From contig JAZKAU010000002.1 in NCBI GenBank assembly GCA_040388985.1, positions 119,642-183,641 of the forward strand: a stretch of DNA of 64,000 bases, written 5' to 3'. Shown in pieces: positions 57,409 to 64,000 of the stretch; positions within the stretch are counted from its first letter, which is position 1, and every line of letters starts with the position of its first letter. A program made the position numbers and the translations under genes. Source of the DNA: Patescibacteria group bacterium. GTDB lineage: Bacteria > Patescibacteriota > Minisyncoccia > Phycocordibacterales > Phycocordibacteraceae. The notes under the pieces were generated by a model. That model made no database searches, was not told the origin of the DNA, and saw only the letters and a program-made list of their open reading frames with translations.

Positions 57409-57452
57409 ATGGTGGGCGCGGTTGTGCGTTTGCGTTTATACTACCACCACCT

Positions 57453-59186
57453 ATGTTCTCTCTCTACGATCCGATAGACCCGAGTGTGCGCGAAGCGCTC
57501 AAGGAGCACGACGACTATACTGCTGCGCTTCTCGCGCGCCGGGGCATCACGACGCCTGAAGCGGCTGAAGCCTTCCTCTCTCCGTCCTACGACACACACA
57601 TCGGCGACCCGTTCGGTATCCTCAATATGGAGAAGTCGGCACGACGAATCGCGAAGGCCATAGACGAGCAGGAACGCATCACGGTCTGGAGCGACTACGA
57701 CTGCGACGGCATTCCAGGCGGCGTCGTGCTCCACGATTTTTTAAAGAAAGCGAAGGCGAATTTCACGAATTACATCCCGCACCGGCATCTTGAAGGCTAC
57801 GGACTCAATATCGCGGGTATCGAGAAGCTCGCAGAAGAAGGAACGACCCTTATTGTCACGGTTGACTCCGGCATCACGGACGTGGAGCAGGTCGCGCGTG
57901 CGAACGAACTCGGTATCGACGTCATCATTACCGATCACCACCTCCCGCAGGAAGTGCTCCCGCCCGCATTCGCGGTCGTCGATCCCAAACAAGACGGAGA
58001 GACGTATCCGTATCGGGATTTCTGCGGAGGAGGACTGGCGTGGAAGCTATCGTGCGCGATTCTGAAGGTCGGCTTCAAAGGTCGGGAAGATATTCCAGTC
58101 GGATGGGAGAAGTGGTTGCTTGATATGGCAGGACTCTCCACTATCGCTGACATGGTGCCGCTTACGGGCGAGAATCGTGTGATCGCCAAATATGGACTCC
58201 TCGTGATGCGCAAGACCCCGCGCATCGGCTTCCAGAAACTCTGCCAGGTGGCGCGTGTGAACCAGCGTTTCATAACGGAGGACGATGTCGGTTTCATGAT
58301 AGCGCCGCGCGTGAATGCGGCGAGCCGCATGGGAAATCCGCGCGATGCCTTCGAGCTCTTCACGACGACAGACGAAGTACGCGCCGACGAGCTCGCCAAG
58401 GAGCTCGAACGTATCAACCGTTCGCGCCGCGCGTCTGGAGCTGCGGTCACGCGTGCGGTGCATGAGCGGCTCGAAGAGCGGAAGCTCACGGGCGCACTTC
58501 CTAGCGTTATCGCCATGGGTGACCCTGACTGGCGTCCTGGACTCCTCGGACTCGTCGCCAATTCTGTCGCCGAAGAATATGGCCGACCCGTCTTCCTGTG
58601 GGGACGCGAAGGAGGAACGACCGCGAAGGGATCATGTCGTGCGGGCGGCAACGGCATCTCGCTCGTCTCGCTCATGGAAGAGGCGGCAAGCGTGTTCAGT
58701 GAATTCGGCGGACATGCAGCGTCAGGAGGTTTCACCGTAAAGGACGATCAGATCTTCTTTCTTGAAGAACGTCTGTGCGAAGCTCTCGCACGGTTGCCGG
58801 AAGCGGATTTCAAGGACCGTGCCATGTTCGCTGACCGGGAACTCACGGAAGCCGATGAGTTGCGCGAGCAGATGGCCCGGACAGAACGGTTCGCGCCGTT
58901 CGGAATGGAGAACCGGAAGCCTGCTTTCCTGCTACGCGATATTCGCCTCGAGAAGATTTCTTGGTTCGGGAAGGCCGAGGAACATCTGCGCCTTTCGCTC
59001 ATGCGCGATGATGGCTTCGACGAGCGTCCGCTCGAAGCTATCTCTTTTTATGCGAAACGGGAACTCGGGGACGCATGCAAGCTCCTTGCGCCTGGCACGA
59101 CCGTTACTATTCTCGGCAACTTGGAACGTGATCAGTTCTCGCGCGGGCAGCCGGTACGCCTGCGCATCATTGCATTGTCGGTCTAG
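57453..59186 (+). CDS. recJ: single-stranded-DNA-specific exonuclease RecJ
   Basis: DHH motifs (DYDCDGI, ITDHH), DHHA1 GGGH-like region (GGHAASGG); 577 aa. Confidence 0.9.
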   Translation: MFSLYDPIDPSVREALKEHDDYTAALLARRGITTPEAAEAFLSPSYDTHIGDPFGILNMEKSARRIAKAIDEQERITVWSDYDCDGIPGGVVLHDFLKKAKANFTNYIPHRHLEGYGLNIAGIEKLAEEGTTLIVTVDSGITDVEQVARANELGIDVIITDHHLPQEVLPPAFAVVDPKQDGETYPYRDFCGGGLAWKLSCAILKVGFKGREDIPVGWEKWLLDMAGLSTIADMVPLTGENRVIAKYGLLVMRKTPRIGFQKLCQVARVNQRFITEDDVGFMIAPRVNAASRMGNPRDAFELFTTTDEVRADELAKELERINRSRRASGAAVTRAVHERLEERKLTGALPSVIAMGDPDWRPGLLGLVANSVAEEYGRPVFLWGREGGTTAKGSCRAGGNGISLVSLMEEAASVFSEFGGHAASGGFTVKDDQIFFLEERLCEALARLPEADFKDRAMFADRELTEADELREQMARTERFAPFGMENRKPAFLLRDIRLEKISWFGKAEEHLRLSLMRDDGFDERPLEAISFYAKRELGDACKLLAPGTTVTILGNLERDQFSRGQPVRLRIIALSV

Positions 59187-59227
59187 GGTGGTATCTTTCG
59201 ATTCTGTGCGTTTTTCGGAGGTAGTCG

Positions 59228-59569
59228 ATGTTGAGTTCTTTGGGGCCAGCAGCTGAAAAGCTATATGAAGAAGCGAGGCGGGTGAGTCCTGACTTTACGC
59301 CGCTTGCCAAGGGTGGAGAATTCCGACCCGGACAGCATGAGTGCGTATGCTTCGCTCCAGCTATCGTGGGCCAACTGCTCGCCCGCAAGAAGGAGTTGAA
59401 GGCAGCGAGTCATGGGCTCGGGGAACAAGAGAAGAAGCGCAGCGCCCAAGTGCAGTCGCTTCTTCATCACCTGGCCGAACATGAGCTTCTCGACTTCATC
59501 GAGAAGCAGGAGATGGGCGAGCTGATACTCTGCAAGGCGGGTCAGCTCGTACGGCCCATCTCAAATTAG
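59228..59569 (+). CDS. hypothetical protein
   Basis: 113-aa ORF between recJ and rnhA. Confidence 0.35.
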   Translation: MLSSLGPAAEKLYEEARRVSPDFTPLAKGGEFRPGQHECVCFAPAIVGQLLARKKELKAASHGLGEQEKKRSAQVQSLLHHLAEHELLDFIEKQEMGELILCKAGQLVRPISN

Positions 59570-59660
59570 TGCGGCACGCGTTTCGGATGGGAGATCCGCG
59601 TGCCGCTTAGGGGCCAGGTCTGCGAAGATCTGGCTCTTAACTTTTAGGTATACTACGGCT

Positions 59661-60083
59661 ATGAATTACATCCTCTACGCTGACGGCGGCGCGCGCGGGA
59701 ATCCGGGACCCGCAGGTGCAGGCGCAGTCGTTTTCGATAACATCGGGAAGCGCGTCGCAGAAGTCTCTGACTATCTGGGAACAGCAACTAATAATGTTGC
59801 CGAGTATGAGGCGCTCCTGCGCGGGCTCAAGAGTCTGCGTGATGCCTTCGATGAAGGGCACTTCGCTCACGCTACCCTTACTATTCGCATGGACAGTAAG
59901 CTCGTAATCGAACAGCTCAAGGGCGCGTACAAGGTGAAACATCCGAATCTCGTACCGCGCTATCTCGAAGTGAAGAACTTGATCGCGCGCAGTTTCTCGC
60001 ACGTTACCTATGAACACGTGCGACGTGAATTCAACACTGATGCTGATGCGCTTGCCAACGAGGCAATGGATAGAGGCGCGTAG
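59661..60083 (+). CDS. rnhA: ribonuclease HI
   Basis: DGGARGNPGPAG, TNNVAEYEAL, NTDADALAN motifs; TATACT box 6 nt before the ATG (possible leaderless mRNA). Confidence 0.88.
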   Translation: MNYILYADGGARGNPGPAGAGAVVFDNIGKRVAEVSDYLGTATNNVAEYEALLRGLKSLRDAFDEGHFAHATLTIRMDSKLVIEQLKGAYKVKHPNLVPRYLEVKNLIARSFSHVTYEHVRREFNTDADALANEAMDRGA

Positions 60084-60144
60084 AGAGATTTCTCAGGAAT
60101 AGTTGAGAGACTCTCAGGATTAATTTTACATAGGCGGGAGTAAG

Positions 60145-61671
60145 ATGAGGCCGATGCGAAGCGTCGGCCTGTATATATTCGTGAGCGCGTTCTCGCTTAC
60201 CGTAGTAAGCGAGTCATTCGTCGCGCTTCCGTGGGAGTACGGTATCTTCGCGCTCGTGCTCGTTACTTCATTCACGTTCGTTCGCAGTCGCAGTCACATC
60301 CCTGCGTATAGCTTCATGGTGGGCGTCGCAATCGCTATCGCCATCCTGCGCATGAGTATGATTCCTGCGCACCTACCCGAAGCCTTCGAGTCGCTTGTTG
60401 ACCGGAAGGTCGTGCTTGAGGGCAGTGTCGTCGCGCTTCCGGATATGCGCGAGAGCGAGAACAGAGTCACGGTCGAAGTAACGAAAGACCGTGGGAGAAC
60501 ACGCATCATCGCTGCAGTACCGCTCTACCCGTCAGTACACGTGGGTGACCGCATACGGGTCTCCGGCGTCTTGAAGAAACCACAGCCCTTTGCGACTGAC
60601 GGCGGACGCACATTCGCGTACGATGCCTTCCTGCGCAAGGACGGAGTCTATGCTCTCATGCAGCCAGCTTCGGCAGAGAGTATGGGGGAAGACGGGCGAC
60701 TCACGCTCAGATTCTTGCGAGTCCTCGAGTATATAAAAGACGCATTTATAGAGCTGCTTACTCGCGCGCTTCCCGAGCCCGAGAGCGCGCTCGCTGCTGG
60801 GCTCGTCGTTGGGGGCAAGCAAGGTCTAGGGAAGATTCTGCTCGAGGCGTTTACGACCGCAGGAATGCTCCAGATAGTCGTACTTTCCGGGTATAACGTC
60901 ATGATAGTCGCAGAAACTATCTTCCGCGCGCTTTCGAGATTCCCGAGACGTGCGGCGGGCCTGGTCGCCGGAGCAAGCATCATCTGCTTCGTGCTTGCGG
61001 CTGGCGCAGGCTCTTCCGCGCTTCGAGCCGGACTCATGGCACTGTTCGCAATCAGCGCGCGGGCGTCAGGAAAGAAGTATCAAGTACTGCGCATCCTTAC
61101 CATCACGTTCTTCTTGCTCGCGCTATGGAATCCGCTCCTCATCGTGTACGATCCAGGATTCCAGTTCTCCTTCCTCGCTACGCTCGGGCTGATCATTGGT
61201 TCTCCAATGCTTGAAATACGTCTCGTTCGTCTGCGAAGCCCGTTCTTGCGCGAGGCCGTCGCGACTACGCTTGCCGCTCAGATAGGCGTCCTGCCACTTT
61301 TACTCTGGCAAACAGGGAATCTATCGCTCGTTGCCGTACCTGCTAATGTGCTCGCGATGCCGGCTATACCCTTTGCTATGGGACTGAGCACCCTTGCCGC
61401 TCTTGTGGCCACTCCGCTCGGACTTCTCTTGAGTACGCTCCCGCTTGTCGCAGGCTTTCCCGCGTACGTGCTCCTGTCCTATGTCATACATGTCGCGACC
61501 ATAGCTGCTGCGTTACCGCTCGCGCAGGTCATCCTGCCAGCCTTTTCGTTCTGGTGGGTGGTATTCGCGTATGCACTGCTTACCGTGATCGTTGTCCGAG
61601 CGCAACGACTCGGCCCCGCGCCGGTAGGCGCGGGGCCGAGGAACCCCATCAAACCTTCTGCGTATGCCTAG
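60145..61671 (+). CDS. comEC: ComEC/Rec2 DNA internalization channel, N-terminal DUF4131 plus competence (TM) domains only
   Basis: OB-like DUF4131 region, then competence domain (AAGLVVGGKQGL...QIVVLSGYNVMIVA) with 8+ TM; GGGAG SD. Confidence 0.8.
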   Translation: MRPMRSVGLYIFVSAFSLTVVSESFVALPWEYGIFALVLVTSFTFVRSRSHIPAYSFMVGVAIAIAILRMSMIPAHLPEAFESLVDRKVVLEGSVVALPDMRESENRVTVEVTKDRGRTRIIAAVPLYPSVHVGDRIRVSGVLKKPQPFATDGGRTFAYDAFLRKDGVYALMQPASAESMGEDGRLTLRFLRVLEYIKDAFIELLTRALPEPESALAAGLVVGGKQGLGKILLEAFTTAGMLQIVVLSGYNVMIVAETIFRALSRFPRRAAGLVAGASIICFVLAAGAGSSALRAGLMALFAISARASGKKYQVLRILTITFFLLALWNPLLIVYDPGFQFSFLATLGLIIGSPMLEIRLVRLRSPFLREAVATTLAAQIGVLPLLLWQTGNLSLVAVPANVLAMPAIPFAMGLSTLAALVATPLGLLLSTLPLVAGFPAYVLLSYVIHVATIAAALPLAQVILPAFSFWWVVFAYALLTVIVVRAQRLGPAPVGAGPRNPIKPSAYA

Positions 61672-61681
61672 AAGCGCCGCA

Positions 61682-62278
61682 CTAGACGGCTTCCGAGAGG
61701 AATCGTCGCTCAACGACGCTCCAGTTGAGGTTATCGAGGAAAGCGTCCACATAAGACTTCTTCTCAGCTGGCTTGTAGTCGACCATGAAGGCGTGCTCCC
61801 AGAGGTCGAGCGCGAGCAAGACCGGAAGCCCCGAAAGCTGACCGAGCTGATGGTCGTCCACCCAGGCGGTGTGGAGCGTCGGACCTGCCGGGTCGAAGTA
61901 GGTGACTACCCAGCCGATGCCGCGGGTGCCTGCGACTTCCTTGAGGTGCGACACGAATCCGTCCCAGCTTCCGTACTTCTGCGCCGCCGCATCCGCGAGT
62001 GCCGAATCGCTTGCTGCGGATGTCGACCCGCCTTCGAACTGCTCGAAGTAGTATTCATGCATTCGCATGCCGTCGAATTCGAAACCGAAGCGACGTCTGA
62101 GCTCGTTAATGAGGTATGCATTTCCTTCGGCGTCCTCTTCGCGAAGTTTCGCGATCGTATCCATGATGAGATTGCTGTGCTTCACGTATCCCTCGTAGAG
62201 AGCGAGGTGGACGGCGATCTGGTCCTTAGAAAGTCCTTTGAGCTCGGGGAGCTCGAATGTCCGTACGGGATAGGTCAT
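61682..62278 (-). CDS. sodA: Fe/Mn superoxide dismutase
   Basis: 198 aa; LPELKGLSKDQIAVHLALYEGY...DLWEHAF(M)VDY metal-binding motifs. Confidence 0.9.
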   Translation of the reverse strand: MTYPVRTFELPELKGLSKDQIAVHLALYEGYVKHSNLIMDTIAKLREEDAEGNAYLINELRRRFGFEFDGMRMHEYYFEQFEGGSTSAASDSALADAAAQKYGSWDGFVSHLKEVAGTRGIGWVVTYFDPAGPTLHTAWVDDHQLGQLSGLPVLLALDLWEHAFMVDYKPAEKKSYVDAFLDNLNWSVVERRFLSEAV

Positions 62279-62427
62279 AAAAGTGGTGCTATCGACTGGT
62301 ATACGATCAGTATACCCCGTATGGAAGCCTCATCGGAGCAGATAAATTACTCTGTGAGCTATCTGTGGCACGTGCGCAAGCATATATTCCAATACGGTGA
62401 GTCGGTCCAAACTGCCATACGGGGTAT

Positions 62428-63333
62428 ATGCCTGCGCCTGATGATATGCTCATGAACAGTATGGCGTCTCTTTCCCGTGGACTCACTCTGAAGCATCTCG
62501 CGTGTCTTGCTCTTGCTGGACTCAATATCTATGTCTGGACGGCATATGCCCGACCAGCGCCCGCGAATCTCCGCGTTTCAGTGCTCGACATCGGACAAGG
62601 CGATTCGATACTCATTCAGGGACCCACCGGCATACAGATGCTCGTTGATGGCGGACCAGACCACTCAGTACTCCGGCAGCTTCCGAGAGAGATGGGTCTC
62701 TTCGACCGTTCCATCGATATGCTCGTTGAGACGCATCCGGACAAGGATCACATCGCAGGGCTCGCTGACGTCTTTGACCGCTATCAGGTCTCCTATTTCA
62801 TGAGTCCGGGTATTCCGAATGACACGTCACCGGTGAGGGCGCTCGAGCATGCTGCCCTAAGTGAGCCAAATCTCCAGACGCTTATCGCGCGCCGCGGCAT
62901 GCGCGTTCATCTGGGCGGCACTGCCTATGCCGACATTCTCTTTCCCGATCGCGACGAGTCGACTCAGACAGCGACGAACGACGGCTCCATCGTCATGCAC
63001 GTGGTATACGGAACGACGTCCTTCATGCTTACGGGTGACCTGCCGTCTAAAGAAGAGGACTACCTGGTCGCGCTTGATGCAGGTGACGGGAACCTTCCCA
63101 GCACCGTACTCAAAGCAGGGCATCATGGCTCTAAGTATTCGACTGATGACACGTGGCTCGCGAGCGTGCACCCCAGCATCGTTGCCATCTCAGCTGGAGC
63201 GAATAATCAGTATGGACATCCGAATCCTGAGACTCTTGAACGCATCCGTACGGAAGGCGCGCAGATAGTCTCCACCATCGATAGAGGTACCTTGCACTTC
63301 GTGAGCGATGGAACTTCCGTAGTTCTCAAATAG
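62428..63333 (+). CDS. ComEC-type metallo-beta-lactamase domain protein (separate ORF, TM-anchored)
   Basis: VSVLDIGQGDSILIQ...HPDKDHIAGL...GHHGSKYS matches the ComEC C-terminal MBL domain; N-terminal TM anchor. Confidence 0.75.
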   Translation: MPAPDDMLMNSMASLSRGLTLKHLACLALAGLNIYVWTAYARPAPANLRVSVLDIGQGDSILIQGPTGIQMLVDGGPDHSVLRQLPREMGLFDRSIDMLVETHPDKDHIAGLADVFDRYQVSYFMSPGIPNDTSPVRALEHAALSEPNLQTLIARRGMRVHLGGTAYADILFPDRDESTQTATNDGSIVMHVVYGTTSFMLTGDLPSKEEDYLVALDAGDGNLPSTVLKAGHHGSKYSTDDTWLASVHPSIVAISAGANNQYGHPNPETLERIRTEGAQIVSTIDRGTLHFVSDGTSVVLK

Positions 63334-63429
63334 GGTCCATATGGCATCCCCGATACGCACCAAGCTTCGTTGACACTCTTTCCACACAGGCGTTAACTCA
63401 AGAGAGGAAGTCTTGTAAGGATTTTTGCG

Positions 63430-63714
63430 ATGGAAGAAGCTGCTTCGGCTGGATTCTTTGCGCAAGGATCCGAGTCACAACCACAACAAACAGGGAGGAA
63501 ATACGAATTTGAGTTCGTCAGGCAGGATACGAAAGCGTACCTGACGCGCACGATCTCGTTTACCGCTTCGAATGATGAGGCGGCAATCGATGCGGCGTAT
63601 CGTACGTTTGGACTCAAGAAAAGGGACCCGTACGAGTTTCATCTGCTAGGCGGGATCGAAGTGCGCTATGTTCCCCCGAATGGGCAACGAAGGGTGAGGA
63701 TCCACCCACGATAA
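63430..63714 (+). CDS. hypothetical protein
   Basis: 94-aa ORF; GC-rich hairpin ccggcgcc-aga-ggcgccgg downstream. Confidence 0.3.
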   Translation: MEEAASAGFFAQGSESQPQQTGRKYEFEFVRQDTKAYLTRTISFTASNDEAAIDAAYRTFGLKKRDPYEFHLLGGIEVRYVPPNGQRRVRIHPR

Positions 63715-63827
63715 AAGATCAGAGGAGAGGAAATGAGAACCCGGCGCCAGAGGCGCCGGTAATGTGTAATTAGACGAAAAAGGGGAAATCGGATATGGTT
63801 CTCGGAGTCGTTCTATAGGGGGTGGAT

Positions 63828-64000
63828 ATGATGCAGGTTGCAACTGCCGCGTCCGGCGGCTCCATGCAAAGATTCGGTGTGAGTCGACAGCAGACGCGAA
63901 TGAACTTCGAGCTCAAACGGACGGTGGGCGGGGAAACCGTAATCGAACCGTTCACCGCGTTCGGCCTCAGTGAGGCGATTACTGAAGCCTTCGCGCGTCT
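63828..64000 (+). CDS. hypothetical protein, partial (runs off the 3' edge)
   Basis: ATG preceded by GGGGGTGG SD; open to the window end. Confidence 0.3.
   Translation, partial: MMQVATAASGGSMQRFGVSRQQTRMNFELKRTVGGETVIEPFTAFGLSEAITEAFAR

Noticed and set aside
1-64000. CRISPR arrays, rRNA genes, IS/transposase genes, complete prophage
   Set aside because: There are no repeat-spacer arrays, no rRNA-like conserved stretches, and no transposase or phage structural proteins. The only mobile-element-like signals are the XerC/D-type recombinase (likely housekeeping), the endonuclease VII gene and the short palindromic elements.

Overview
This 64 kb window is high-GC (roughly 55-60% by eye), compact and almost entirely coding. 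There are no rRNA genes and no CRISPR arrays. It looks like a bacterial chromosome segment with reduced-genome features.

Housekeeping genes I recognise with confidence: rsmA/ksgA, pcrA/uvrD helicase, comM/yifB, rpsO, an XerC/D-type recombinase, xth, a CCA-adding enzyme, rarA, hup (HU), rny (RNase Y), clpP, ppa, nusA, pilB/gspE, tpiA, pgk, a HIT protein, recJ, rnhA, Fe/Mn SOD, a DksA-like factor and a LysM-M23 peptidase. A ComEC competence channel is split into two ORFs.

Four tRNA genes (Arg-TCG, Gly-GCC, Pro-TGG, Trp-CCA) lack an encoded 3' CCA, and the cca gene sits beside tRNA-Arg. Together with the small genes, a likely leaderless promoter arrangement and a competence/pilus/T4SS-like inventory, this is compatible with a Patescibacteria/CPR-like (Parcubacteria-type) organism. 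That lineage call is inference only.

The most unusual content is a 27 kb stretch (25.5-53 kb) holding seven paralogous TrmB-family winged-helix regulators. Each sits divergently from (or in operon with) a different cargo gene: APC permease, LivK-type binding protein, a DHODH-like/O-methyltransferase/LMW-PTP operon, a PLP decarboxylase, a PDT-only protein, and a heme-oxygenase-like protein. They are interleaved with tRNAs, an endonuclease VII-like gene and a YraN nuclease. A second two-member wHTH paralog family flanks this region.

Other notable items:
- A family of three related AT-armed palindromic elements sharing a GC-rich core. They sit in the rpsO 3' region, immediately upstream of rny, and ~130 nt upstream of nusA.
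- A perfect 68-bp palindrome and a ~490-nt non-coding gap, possibly an ncRNA, between the convergent xth and cca genes.
- An operon of four or more genes at the window start encoding a polytopic membrane protein (possibly VirB6/TrbL-like) and large secreted proteins.
- A RelE/RHH toxin-antitoxin pair, and an orphan beta-class DNA methyltransferase.

Coordinates of features derived by hand (tRNAs, hairpins, repeats, re-assigned starts) may be off by 1-2 nt.
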